This document shows, piece after piece, positions 1 through 18,000 of a DNA stretch of 64,000 nt. The position numbers were made by a program, and so were the translations under genes. The notes beneath the pieces are model-generated. The model saw nothing but the letters and a program-made list of their open reading frames with translations, searched no databases and had not been told where the DNA came from. The DNA is taken from positions 12,214,001-12,278,000 of the forward strand of contig OZ024740.1 of the NCBI GenBank assembly GCA_964016885.1, given 5' to 3'. Source of the DNA: Eledone cirrhosa. Lineage: Eukaryota. How positions within the stretch are numbered: the first letter of the stretch is position 1; every line of letters begins with the position of its first letter.

Positions 1-3000
1 CTCACTACTGCCACAACCACCAACACCACTACCACCATCACCACCACCACTACCACTGACACCACTCACTACTGCCACAACCACCAACACCACTACCACC
101 ATCACCACAGCCACTACCACTGACACCACTCACTACTGCCACAACCACCAACACCACTACCACCATCACCACAACCACTACCACCATCACCACCACCACT
201 ACCACTGACACCACTCACTACTGCCACAACCACCAACACCACTACCACCATCACCACGGCCACTACCACTGACACCACTCACTACTGCCACAACCACCAA
301 CACCACTACCACCACCACCAACACCACTACCACTACCACCACCACCACTACCACTGACACCACTCACTACTGCCACAACCACCAACACCACTACCACCAT
401 CACCACCACCACTACCACTGACACCACTCACTACTGCCACAACCACCAACACCACTACCACCATCACCACCACCACTACCACTGACACCACTCACTACTG
501 CCACAACCACCAACACCACTACCACCATCACCACCACCACTACCACTGACACCACTCACTACTGCCACAACCACCAACACCACTGCCACCATCACCACCA
601 CCACTACCACTGATACCACTCACTACTGCCACAACCACCAACACCACTACCACCATCACCACCACCACTGCCACTGACACCACTCACTACTGCCACAACC
701 ACCAACACCACTACCACTACCACCACCACCACTACCACTGACACCACTCACTACTGCCACAACCACCAACACTACTGCCACAACCACCAACACCACTGCC
801 ACTGACACCACTCACTACTGCCACAACCACCAACACCACTACCACCATCACCACTACCACTGACACCACTCACTATTGCCACAACCACCAACACCACTAC
901 CACCATCACCACCACCACTACCACTGACACCACTCACTACTGCCACAACCACCAACACCACTACCACCATCACCACAACCACTACCACCATCTCCACCAC
1001 CACTACCACTGACACCACTCACTACTGCCACAACCACCAACACCACTACCACCATCACCACCACCACTGCCACTGACACCACTCACTACTGCCACAACCA
1101 CCAACACCACTACCACTACCACCACCACCACTACCACTGACACCACTCACTACTGCCACAACCACCAACACTACTGCCACAACCACCAACACCACTGCCA
1201 CTGACACCACTCACTACTGCCACAACCACCAACACCACTACCACCATCACCACTACCACTGACACCACTCACTATTGCCACAACCACCAACACCACTACC
1301 ACCATCACCACCACCACTACCACTGACACCACTCACTACTGCCACAACCACCAACACCACTACCAACATCACCACAGCCACTACCACCATCTCCACCACC
1401 ACTACCACTGACACCACTCACTACTGCCACAACCACCAACACCACTACCACCATCACCACCACCACTGCCACTGACACCACTCACTACTGCCACAACCAC
1501 CAACACCACTACCACTACCACCACCACCACTACCACTGACACCACTCACTACTGCCACAACCACCAACACTACTGCCACAACCACCAACACCACTGCCAC
1601 TGACACCACTCACTACTGCCACAACCACCAACACCACTACCACCATCACCACTACCACTGACACCACTCACTATTGCCACAACCACCAACACCACTACCA
1701 CCATCACCACCACCACTACCACTGACACCACTCACTACTGCCACAACCACCAACACCACTACCACCATCACCACAACCACTACCACCATCTCCACCACCA
1801 CTACCACTGACACCACTCACTACTGCCACAACCACCAACACTACTGCCACAACCACCAACACCACTACCACCATCTCCACCACCACTACCACTGACACCA
1901 CTCACTACTGCCACAACCACCAACACCACTACCACCATCTCCACCACCACTACCACTGACACCACTCACTACTGCCACAACCACCAACACCACTACCACC
2001 ATCACCACAACCACTACCACTGACACCACTCACTACTGCCACAACCACCAACACCACTGCCACCATCACCACCACCACTACCACTGACACCACTCACTAC
2101 TGCCACAACCACCAACACCACTACCACCATCACCACCACCACTACCACTGACACCACTCACTACTGCCACAACCATCAACACCACTACCACCATCACCAC
2201 CACCACTACCACTGACACCACTCACTACTGCCACAACCACCAACACCACTACCACCATCACCATCACCACTGCCACTGACACCACTCACTACTGCCACAA
2301 CCACCAACACCACTACCACCATCACCACCACCACTGCCACTGACACCACTCACTACTGCCACAACCACCAACACCACTACCACCATCACCACAACCACTA
2401 CCACTGACACCACTCACTACTGCCACAACCACCAACACCACTGCCACCATCACCACAACCACTACCACTGACACCACTCACTACTGCCACAACCACCAAC
2501 ACCACTACGACCATCACCACCACCACTACCACTGACACCACTCACTACTGCCACAACCACCAACACCACTACCACCATCACCACAACCACTACCACTGAC
2601 ACCACTCACTACTGCCACAACCACCAACACCACTGCCACCATCACCACCACCACTACCACTGACACCACTCACTACTGCCACAACCACCAACACCACTAC
2701 CACCATCACCACCACCACTACCACTGACACCACTCACTACTGCCACAACCACCAACACCACTACCACCATCACCACCACCACTACCACTGACACCACTCA
2801 CTACTGCCACAACCACCAACACCACTACCACCATCACCACCACCACTGCCACTGACACCACTCACTACTGCCACAACCACCAACACCACTACGACCATCA
2901 CCACCACCACTACCACTGACACCACTCACTACGGCCACAACCACCAACACCACTGCCACCATCACCACCACCACTACCACTGACACCACTCACTACTGCC

Positions 3001-6000
3001 ACAACCACCAACACCACTACCACCATCACCACCACCACTACCACTGACACCACTCACTACTGCCACGACCACCAACACCACTACCACCATCACCACCACC
3101 ACTGCCACTGACACCACTCACTACTGCCACGACCACCAACACCACTACGACCATCACCACCACCAGTACCACTGACACCACTCACTACTGCCACAACCAC
3201 CAACACCACTGCCACCATCACCACCACCACTGCCACTGACACCACTCACTACTGCCACAACCACCAACACCACTACCACCATCACCACCACCACTGCCAC
3301 TGACACCACTCACTACTACCACAACCACCAACACCACTACCACCATCACCACCACCACTACCACTGACACCACTCACTACTGCCACAACCACCAACACCA
3401 CTACCACCATCACCACAGCCACTACCACTGACACCACTCACTACTGCCACAACCACCAACACCACTACCACCATCACTATCACCACGGCCACTGACACCA
3501 CTCACTACTGCCACAACCACCAACACCACTACCACCATCACCACCACCACTACCACTGACACCACTCACTACTGCCACAACCACCAACACCACTACCACC
3601 ATCACCACCACCACTGCCACTGACACCACTCACTACTGCCACAACCACCAACACCACTACCACCACCACCACCACCACTACCACTGACACCACTCACTAC
3701 TGCCACAACCACCAACACCACTACCACCATCACCACCACCACTACCACTGACACCACTCACTACTGCCACAACCACCAACACCACTACCACCATCACCAT
3801 CACCACGGCCACTGACACCACTCACTACTGCCACAACCACCAACACCACTACCACCATCACCACCACCACTGCCACTGACACCACTCACTACTGCCACAA
3901 CCACCAACACCACTACCACCATCACCACAACCACTACCACCTTCTCCACCACCACTACCACTGACACCACTCACTACTGCCACAACCACCAACACCACTG
4001 CCACCATCACCACCACCACTACCACTGACACCACTCACTACTGCCACAACCACCAACACCACTACCACCATCACCACCACCACTACCACTGACACCACTC
4101 ACTATTGCCACAACCACCAACACCACTACCACCATCACCACAACCACTACCACCTTCTCCACCACCACTACCACTGACACCACTCACTACTGCCACAACC
4201 ACCAACACCACTGCCACCATCACCACAACCACTACCACTTACACCACTCACTACTGCCACAACCACCAACACCACTACCACCATCACCACCACCACTACC
4301 ACTGACACCACTCACTACTGCCACAACCACCAACACCACTACCACCATCACCTCCACCACTACCACTGACACCACTCACTACTACCACAACCACCAACAC
4401 CACTGCCACCATCACCACAACCACTACCACTGACACCACTCACTACTGCCACAACCACCAACACCACTACCACCATCACCACCACCACTACCACTGACAC
4501 CACTCACTACTGCCACAACCAACAACAACACTACCACCATCACCACCACCACTACCACTGACACCACTCACTACTGCCACAACCAACAACAACACTACCA
4601 CCATCACCACCACCACTACCACTGACACCACTCACTACTGCCACAACCACCAACACCACTACCACCACCACCACTACCACTGACACCACTCACTACTGCC
4701 ACAACCACCAACACCACTACCACCACCACCACTACCACTGACACCACTCACTACTGCCACAACCACCAACACCACTACCACCATCACCACCACCACTACC
4801 ACTGACACCACTCACTACTACCACAACCACCAACACCACTACCACCATCACCACCACCACTACCACTGACACCACTCACTACTGCCACAACCACCAACAC
4901 CACTGCCACCATCACCACAACCACTACCACTGACACCACTCACTACTGCCACAACCACCAACACCACTACCACCATCACCACCACCACTACCACTGACAC
5001 CACTCACTACTGCCACAACCACCAACACCACTACCACCATCACCACAACCACTACCACTGACACCACTCACTACTGCCACAACCACCAACACCACTACCA
5101 CCATCACCACCACCACTACCACTGACACCACTCACTACTACCACAACCACCAACACCACTACCACCATCACCACCACCACTACCACTGACACCACTCACT
5201 ACTGCCACAACCACCAACACCACTACCACCATCACCACCACCACTACCACTGACACCACTCACTACTACCACAACCACCAACACCACTACCACCATCACC
5301 ACCACCACTACCACTGACACCATTCACTACTGCCACAACCACCAACACCACTACCACCATCACCACCACCACTACCACTGACACCACTCACTACTACCAC
5401 AACCACCAACACAACTACCACCATCACCACCACCACTACCACTGACACCACTCACTACTGCCACAACCACCAACACCACTGCCACCATCACCACAACCAC
5501 TACCACTGACACCACTCACTACTGCCACAACCACCAACACCACTACCACCATCACTACCACCACTACCACTGACACCACTCACTACTGCCACAACCACCA
5601 ACACCACTACCACCATCACCACAACCACTACCACTGACACCACTCTCTACTGCCACAACCACCAACACCACTACCACCATCACCACCACCACTACCACTG
5701 ACACCACTCACTACTGCCACAACCACCAACACCACTACCACCATCACCACCACCACTACCACTGACACCACTCACTACTGCCACAACCACCAACACCACT
5801 ACCACCATCACCACAACCACTACCACTGACACCACTCACTACTGGCACAACCACCAACACCACTACCACCATCACCACCACCACTACCACTGACACCACT
5901 CACTACTGCCACAACCACCAACACCACTACCACCATCACCACAACCACTACCACTGACACCACTCACTACTGCCACAACCACCAACACCACTACCACCAT

Positions 6001-9000
6001 CACCACCACCACTACCACTGACACCACTCACTACTGCCACAACCACCAACACCACTACCACCATCACCACCACCACTACCACTGACACCACTCACTACTG
6101 CCACAACCACCAACACCACTACCACCATCACCACAACCACTACCACTGACACCACTCACTACTGCCACAACCACCAACACCACTACCACCATCACCACCA
6201 CCACTACCACTGACACCACTCACTACTGCCACAACCACCAACACCACTGCCACCATCACCACCACCACTACCACTGACACCACTCTCTACTGCCACAACC
6301 ACCAACACCACTGCCACCATCACCACAACCACTACCACTGACACCACTCACTACTGCCACAACCACCAACACCACTACCACCATCACCACCACCACTACC
6401 ACTGACACCACTCACTACTGCCACAACCACCAACACCACTGCCACCATCACCACCACCACTACCACTGACACCACTCTCTACTGCCACAACCACCAACAC
6501 CACTGCCACCATCACCACAACCACTACCACTGACACCACTCACTACTGCCACAACCACCAACACCACTACCACCATCACCACCACCACTACCACTGACAC
6601 CACTCACTACTGCCACAACCACCAACACCACTGCCACCATCACCACCACCACTACCACTGACACCACTCTCTACTGCCACAACCACCAACACCACTGCCA
6701 CCATCACCACAACCACTACCACTGACACCACTCACTACTGCCACAACCACCAACACCACTACCACCATCACCACCACCACTACCACTGACACCACTCACT
6801 ACTGCCACAACCACCAACACCACTGCCACCATCACCACCACCACTACCACTGACACCACTCTCTACTGCCACAACCACCAACACCACTGCCACCATCACC
6901 ACAACCACTACCACTGACACCACTCACAACTGCCACAACCACCAACACCACTACCACCATCACCACCACCACTACCACTGACACCACTCACTACTGCCAC
7001 AACCACCAACACCACTGCCACCATCACCACCACCACTACCACTGACACCACTCTCTACTGCCACAACCACCAACACCACTGCCACCATCACCACAACCTC
7101 TACCACTGACACCACTCACTACTGCCACGACCACCAACACCAGTACCACCATCACCACCACCACTACCACTGACACCACTCACTACTGCCACAACCACCA
7201 ACACCACTGCCACCATCACCACCACCACTACCACTGACACCACTCACTACTGCCACAACGACCAACACCTCTACCACCATCACCACCACCACTGCCACTG
7301 ACACCACTCACTACTGCCACAACCACCAACACCACTACCACCATCACCACCACCACTACCACTGACACCACTCACTACTGCCACAACCACCAACACCACT
7401 GCCACAACCACCAACACCACTACCACCATCACCACCACCACTACCACTGACACCACTCACTACTGCCACAACAACCAACACCACTGCCACCACCACCAAC
7501 ACCACTACCACCATCACCACCACCACTACCACTGACACCACTCACTACTGCCACAACCACCAACACCACTGCCACCATCACCACAACCACTACCACTGAC
7601 ACCACTCACTACTGCCACAACGACCAACACCACTACCACCATCACCACCACCACTACCACTGACACCACTCACTACTGCCACAACCACCAACACCACTAC
7701 CACCACCTCCACCACCACTGACACCACTCACTACTGCCACAACCACCAACACCACTACCACCATCACCACCACCACTGCCACTGACACCACTCACTACTG
7801 CCACAACCACCAACACCACTACCACCATCACCACCACCACTACCACTGACACCACTCACTACTGCCACAACCACCAACACCACTGCCACCATCACCACAA
7901 CCACTACCACTGACACCACTCACTACTGCCACAACCACCAACACCACTACCACCATCACCACCACCACTACCACTGACACCACTCACTACTGCCACAACC
8001 ACCAACACCACTGCCACCATCACCACAACCAGTACCACTGACACCACTCACTACTGCCACAACCACCAACACCACTACCACCATCACCACCACCACTACC
8101 ACTGACACCACTCACTACTGCCACAACCACCAACACCACTGCCACCATCACCACCACCACTACCACTGACACCACTCACTACTGCCACAACCACCAACAC
8201 CACTGCCACCATCACCACAACCACTACCACTGACACCACTCACTACTGCCACAACCACCAACACCACTACCACCATCACCACCACCACTACCACTGACAC
8301 CACTCACTACTGCCACAACCACCAACACCACTGCCACCATCACCACCACCACTACCACTGACACCACTCACTACTGCCACAACGACCAACACCACTACCA
8401 CCATCACCACCACCACTGCCACTGACACCACTCACTACTGCCACAACCACCAACACCACTACCACCATCACCACCACCACTACCACTGACACCACTCTCT
8501 ACTGCCACAACCACCAACACCACTGCCACCATCACCACAACCACTACCACTGACACCACTCACTACTGCCACAACCACCAACACCACTGCCACCATCACC
8601 ACCACCACTACCACTGACACCACTCACTACTACCACAACCACCAACACCACTGCCACCATCACCACAACCACTACCACTGACACCACTCACTACTGCCAC
8701 AACCACCAACACCACTACCACCATCACCACCACCACTACCACTGACACCACTCACTACTGCCACAACCACCAACACCACTACCACCATCACCACCACCAC
8801 TACCACTGACACCACTCATTACTGCCACAACCACCAACACCACTACCACCATCACCACCACCACTACCACTGACACCACTCACTACTGCCACAACCAAAA
8901 ACAACACTACCACCATCACCACCACCACTACCACTGACACCACTCACTACTGCCACAACCACCAACACCACTACCACCATCACCACAACCACTACCACTG

Positions 9001-12000
9001 ACACCACTCACTACTGCCACAACCACCAACACCACTGCCACCATCACCACAACCACTACCACTGACACCACTCACTACTGCCACAACCACCAACACCACT
9101 GCCACCATCACCACAACCACTACCACTGACACCACTCACTACTGCCACAACCACCAACACCACTGCCACCATCACCACAACCACTACCACTGACACCACT
9201 CACTACTGCCACAACCACCCACACCACTGCCACTATCACCACAACCACTACCACTGACACCACTCTCTACTGCCACAACCACCAACACCACTACCACCAT
9301 CACCACCACCACTACCACTGACACCACTCACTACTGCCACAACCACCAACACCACTACCACCATCACCACAACCACTACCACTGACACCACTCACTACTG
9401 CCACAACCACCAACACCACTGCCACCATCACCACCACCACTACCACTGTACCACTCATTACTGCCACAACCACCAACACCACTACCACCATCACCACCAC
9501 CACTAGCACTGACACCACTCACTACTGCCACAACCAAAAACAACACTACCACCATCACCACCACCACTACCACTGACACCACTCACTACTGCCACAACCA
9601 CCAACACCACTACCACCATCACCACAACCACTACCACTGACACCACTCACTACTGCCACAACCACCAACACCACTGCCACCATCACCACAACCACTACCA
9701 CTGACACCACTCACTACTGCCACAACCACCAACACCACTACCACCATCACCACCACCACTACCACTGACACCACTCATTACTGCCACAACCACCAACACC
9801 ACTACCACCATCACCACCACCACTAGCACTGACACCACTCACTACTGCCACAACCAAAAACAACACTACCACCATCACCACCACCACTACCACTGACACC
9901 ACTCACTACTGCCACAACCACCAAACCCACTGCCACCATCACCACAACCACTACCACTGACACCACTCACTACTGCCACAACCACCAACACCACTGCCAC
10001 CATCACCACAACCACTACCACTGACACCACTCACTACTGCCACAACCACCAACACCACTACCACCATCACCACAACCACTACCACCATCTCCACCACCAC
10101 TACCACTGACACCACTCACTACTGCCACATCCACCAACACCACTGCCACCATCACCACAACCACTACCACCATCTCCACCACCACTACCACTGACACCAC
10201 TCACTACTGCCACATCCACCAACACCACTACCACCATCACCACAACCACTACCACCATCTCCACCACCACTACCACTGACACCACTCACTACTGCCACAA
10301 CCACCAACACCACTGCCACCACCACCACCACCACTACCACTGACACCACTCACTACTACCACAACCACCAACACCACTACCACCATCACCACCACCACTA
10401 CCACTGACACCACTCACTACTGCCACAACCACCAACACCACTACCACCATCACCACAACCACTACCACTGACACCACTCACTACTGCCACAACCACCAAC
10501 ACCATTACCACCATCACCACCACCACTACCACTGACACCACTCACTACTGCCACAACCACCAACACCACTACCACCATCACCACAACCACTACCACTGAC
10601 ACCACTCACTACTGCCACAACCACCAACACCACTACCACCATCACCACAACCACTGCCACTGACACCACTCACTACTGCCACAACCACCAACACCACTAC
10701 CACCATCACCACCTCCTCTGCCACTGACACCACTCACTACTGCCACAACTACCAACACCACTACCACCATCACCACCACCACTACCACTGACACCACTCA
10801 CTACTGCCACAACCACCAACACCACTACCACCATCACCACTACCACTGACACCACTCACTACTGCCACAACCACCAACACCACTGCCACCACAACCACTG
10901 CCACTGACACCACTCACTACTGCCACAACCACCAACACCACTACCACCATCACCACCACCACTGCCACTGACACCACTCACTACTGCCACAACCACCAAC
11001 ACCACTACCACCATCACCACCACCACTGCCACTGACACCACTCACTACTGCCACAACCACCAACACCACTACCACCATCACCACAACCACTACCACTGAC
11101 ACCACTCACTACTGCCACAACCACCAACACCACTGCCACCATCACCACAACCACTACCACTGACACCACTCACTGCTGCCACAACCACCAACACCACTAC
11201 CACCATCACCACCACCACTACCACTGACACCACTCACTACTGCCACAACCACCAACACCACTACCACCATCACCACCACCACTACCACTGACACCACTCA
11301 CTACTGCCACAACCACCAACACCACTGCCACCACAACCACTGCCACTGACACCACTCACTACTGCCACAACCACCAACACCACTACCACCATCACCACAA
11401 CCACTACCACTGACACCACTCACTACTGCCACAACTACCAACACCACTACCACCATCACCACAACCACTACCACTCACACCACTCACTACTGCCACAACC
11501 ACCAGCACCACTGCCACCATCACCACAACCACTACCACTGACACCACTCACTACTGCCACAACCACCAACACCACTACCACCATCACCACCACCACTACC
11601 ACTGACACCACTCACTACTGCCACAACCACCAACACCACTGCCACCATCACCACCACCACTGCCACTGACCCCACTCACTACTGCCACAACCACCAACAC
11701 CACTACCACCATCACCACCACCACTACCACTGACACCACTCACTACTGCCACAACCACCAACACCACTACCACCATCACCACCACCACTACCACTGACAC
11801 CACTCACTACTGCCACAACCACCAACACCACTACCACCATCACCACCACCACTACCACTGACACCACTCACTACTGCCACAACCACCAACACCACTACCA
11901 CCATCACCACCACCACTACCACTGACACCACTCACTACTGCCACAACCACCAACACCACTACCACCATCACCACCACCACTACCACTGACACCACTCACT

Positions 12001-15000
12001 ACTGCCACAACCACCAACACCACTACCACCATCACCACCACCACTACCACTGACACAACTCACTACTGCCACAACCACCAACACCACTACCACCATCACC
12101 ACTACCACTACCACTGACACAACTCACTACTGCCACAACCACCAACACCACTACCACCATCACCACCACCACTGCCACTGACACCACTCACTACTGCCAC
12201 AACCACCAACACCACTGCCACCATCACCACAACCACTACCACTGACACCACTCACCACTGCCACAACCACCCACACCACTACCACCATCACCACCACCAC
12301 TGCCACTGACACCACTCACTACTGCCACAACTACCAACACCACTACCACCATCACCACAACCACTACCACTGACACCACTCACTACTGCCACAACCACCC
12401 ACACCACTACCACCATCACCACCACCACTGCCACTGACACCACTCACTACTGCCACAACTACCAACACCACTACCACCATCACCACAACCACTACCACTG
12501 ACACCACTCACTACTGCCACAACCACCAACACCACTACCACCATCACCACCACCACTGCCACTGACACCACTCACTACTGCCACAACTACCAACACCACT
12601 ACCACCATCACCACAACCACTACCACTGACACCACTCACTACTGCCACAACCACCAACACCACTGCCACCATCACCACAACCACTACCACTGACACCACT
12701 CACCACTGCCACAACCACCCACACCACTACCACCATCACCACCACCACTGCCACTGACACCACTCACTACTGCCACAACCACCAACACCACTACCACCAT
12801 CACCACAACCACTACCACTGACACCACTCACTAGTGCCACAACCACCAACACCACTACCACCATCACCACAACCACTACCACTGACACCACTCACCACTG
12901 CCACAACCACCAACACCACTACCACCATCACCACCACCACTGCCACTGACACCACTCACTACTGCCACAACCACCAACACCACTACCACCATCACCACAA
13001 CCACTACCACTGACACCACTCACTACTGCCACAACCACCAACACCACTGCCACCATCACCACCACCACTGCCACTGACACCACTCACTACTGCCACAACC
13101 ACCAACACCACTACCACCATCACCACCACCACTACCACTGACACCACTCACTACTGCCACAACCACCAACACCACTACCACCATCACCACCACCACTACC
13201 ACTGACACCACTCACTACTGCCACAACCACCAACACCACTGCCACCATCACCACCACCACTACCACTGACACCACTCACTACTGCCACAACCACCAACAC
13301 CACTACCACCATCACCACCACCACTACCACTGACACCACTCACTACTGCCACAACCACCAACACCACTGCCACCATCACAACCACCACTACCACTGACAC
13401 CACTCACTACTGCCACAACCACCAACACCACTACCACCATCACCACCACCACTACCACTGACACCACTCACTACTGCCACAACCACCAACACCACTGCCA
13501 CCATCACCACCACCACTACCACTGACACCACTCACTACTGCCACAACCACCAACACCACTGCCACCATCACCACCACTACCACTGACACCACTCACTACT
13601 GCCACAACCACCAACACCACTACCACCATCACCACCACCACTACCACTGACACCACTCACTACTGCCACAACCACCAACACCACTACCACCATCACCACC
13701 ACCACTACCACTGACACCACTCACTACTGCCACAACCACCAACACCACTACCACCATCACCACCACCACTACCACTGACACCACTCACTACTGCCACAAC
13801 CACAACACCACTACCACCATCACCACCACCACTGACACCACTCACTACTGCCACAACCACCAACACCACTACCACCATCACCACCACCACTACCACTGAC
13901 ACCACTCACTACTACCACAACCACCAACAGCACTACCACCATCACCACCACCACTACCACTGACACCACTCACTACTGCTACAACCACCAACACCACTGC
14001 CACCATCACCACCACCACTACCACTGACACCACTCACTACTACCACAACCACCAACAGCACTACCACCATCACCACCACCACTACCACTGACACCACTCA
14101 CTACTGCCACAACCACCAACACCACTACCACCATCACCACCACCACTACCACTGACACCACTCACTACTGCCACAACCACCAACACCACTACCACCATCA
14201 CCACCACCACTACCACTGACACCACTCACTACTGCCACAACCACCACCACCACTACCACCATCACCACAACCACTACCACTGACACCACTCACTACTGCC
14301 ACAACCACCAACACCACTACCACTACCACCATCACCACCACCACTGACACCACTCACTACTGCCACAACCACCAACACCACTACCACCATCACCACCACC
14401 ACTACCACTGACACCACTCACTACTGCCACAACCACCAACACCACTACCACCATCACCACCACCACTACCACTGACACCACTCACTACTGCCACAACCAC
14501 CAACACCACTACCACCATCACCACCACCACTACCACTGACACCACTCACTACTGCCACAACCACCAACACTACTGCCACAACCACCAACACCACTACCAC
14601 CATCACCTCCACCACTACCACTGACACCACTCACTACTACCACAACCACCAACACCACTACCACCATCACCACCACCACTACCACTGACACCACTCACTA
14701 CTGCCACAACCACCAACACCACTGCCACCATCACCACCACCACTACCACTGACACCACTCACTACTGCCACAACCACCAACACCACTACCACCATCACCA
14801 CCACCACTACCACTGACACCACTCACTACTGCCACAACCACCAACACCACTACCACCATCACCACCACCACTACCACTGACACCACTCACTACTGCCACA
14901 ACCACCAACACCACTACCACCATCACCACCACCACTACCACTGACACCACTCACTACTGCCACAACCATCAACACCACTACCACCATCACCACCACCACT

Positions 15001-18000
15001 GCCACTGACACCACTCACTACTGCCACAACCACCAACACCACTACCACCATCACCACCACCACTACCACTGACACCACTCACTACTGCCACAACCACCAA
15101 CACCACTACCAGCATCACCACCACCACTACCACTGACACCACTCACTACTGCCACAACCACCAACACCACTACCACCATCACCACCACCACTACCACTGA
15201 CACCACTCACTACTGCCACAACCACCAACACCACTACCACCATCACCACCACCACTACCACTGACACCACTCACTACTGCCACAACCATCAACACCACTA
15301 CCACCATCACCACCACCACTGCCACTGACACCACTCACTACTGCCACAACCACCAACACCACTACCACCATCACCACCACCACTACCACTGACACCACTC
15401 ACTACTGCCACAACCACCAACACCACTACCACCATCACCACCACCACTACCACTGACACCACTCACTACTGCCACAACCATCAACACCACTACCACCATC
15501 ACCACCACCACTGCCACTGACACCACTCACTACTGCCACAACCACCAACACCACTACCACCATCACCACCACCACTACCACTGACACCACTCACTACTGC
15601 CACAACCATCAACACCACTACCACCATCACCACCACCACTGCCACTGACACCACTCACTACTGCCACAACCACCAACACCACTACCACCATCACCACCAC
15701 CACTACCACTGACACCACTCACTACTGCCACAACCACCAACACCACTGCCACCATCACCACAACCACTACCACTGACACCACTCACTACTGCCACAACCA
15801 CCAACACCACTGCCACCATCACCACAACCACTACCACTGACACCACTCACTACTGCCACAACCACCAACATCACTACCACCATCACCACAACCACTACCA
15901 CCATCTCCACCACCACTACCACTGACACCACTCACTACTGCCACATCCACCAACACCACTGCCACCATCACCACAACCACTACCACCATCTCCACCACCA
16001 CTACCACTGACACCACTCACTACTGCCACATCCACCAACACCACTACCACCATCACCACAACCACTACCACCATCTCCACCACCACTACCACTGACACCA
16101 CTCACTACTGCCACAACCACCAACACCACTGCCACCACCACCACCACCACTACCACTGACACCACTCACTACTACCACAACCACCAACACCACTACCACC
16201 ATCACCACCACCACTACCACTGACACCACTCACTACTGCCACAACCACCAACACCACTACCACCATCACCACAACCACTACCACTGACACCACTCACTAC
16301 TGCCACAACCACCAACACCATTACCACCATCACCACCACCACTACCACTGACACCACTCACTACTGCCACAACCACCAACACCACTACCACCATCACCAC
16401 AACCACTACCACTGACACCACTCACTACTGCCACAACCACCAACACCACTACCACCATCACCACAACCACTGCCACTGACACCACTCACTACTGCCACAA
16501 CCACCAACACCACTACCACCATCACCACCTCCTCTGCCACTGACACCACTCACTACTGCCACAACTACCAACACCACTACCACCATCACCACCACCACTA
16601 CCACTGACACCACTCACTACTGCCACAACCACCAACACCACTACCACCATCACCACTACCACTGACACCACTCACTACTGCCACAACCACCAACACCACT
16701 GCCACCACAACCACTGCCACTGACACCACTCACTACTGCCACAACCACCAACACCACTACCACCATCACCACCACCACTGCCACTGACACCACTCACTAC
16801 TGCCACAACCACCAACACCACTACCACCATCACCACCACCACTGCCACTGACACCACTCACTACTGCCACAACCACCAACACCACTACCACCATCACCAC
16901 AACCACTACCACTGACACCACTCACTACTGCCACAACCACCAACACCACTGCCACCATCACCACCACCACTACCACTGACACCACTCACTGCTGCCACAA
17001 CCACCAACACCACTACCACCATCACCACCACCACTACCACTGACACCACTCACTACTGCCACAACCACCAACACCACTACCACCATCACCACCACCACTA
17101 CCACTGACACCACTCACTACTGCCACAACCACCAACACCACTGCCACCACAACCACTGCCACTGACACCACTCACTACTGCCACAACCACCAACACCACT
17201 ACCACCATCACCACAACCACTACCACTGACACCACTCACTACTGCCACAACTACCAACACCACTACCACCATCACCACAACCACTACCACTGACACCACT
17301 CACTACTGCCACAACCACCAGCACCACTGCCACCATCACCACAACCACTACCACTGACACCACTCACTACTGCCACAACCACCAACACCACTACCACCAT
17401 CACCACCACCACTACCACTGACACCACTCACTACTGCCACAACCACCACACCACTGCCACCATCACCACCACCACTGCCACTGACCCCACTCACTACTGC
17501 CACAACCACCAACACCACTACCACCATCACCACCACCACTACCACTGACACCACTCACTACTGCCACAACCACCAACACCACTACCACCATCACCACCAC
17601 CACTACCACTGACACCACTCACTACTGCCACAACCACCAACACCACTACCACCATCACCACCACCACTACCACTGACACCACTCACTACTGCCACAACCA
17701 CCAACACCACTACCACCATCACCACCACCACTACCACTGACACCACTCACTACTGCCACAACCACCAACACCACTACCACCATCACCACCACCACTACCA
17801 CTGACACCACTCACTACTGCCACAACCACCAACACCACTACCACCATCACCACCACCACTACCACTGACACAACTCACTACTGCCACAACCACCAACACC
17901 ACTACCACCATCACCACTACCACTACCACTGACACAACTCACTACTGCCACAACCACCAACACCACTACCACCATCACCACCACCACTGCCACTGACACC

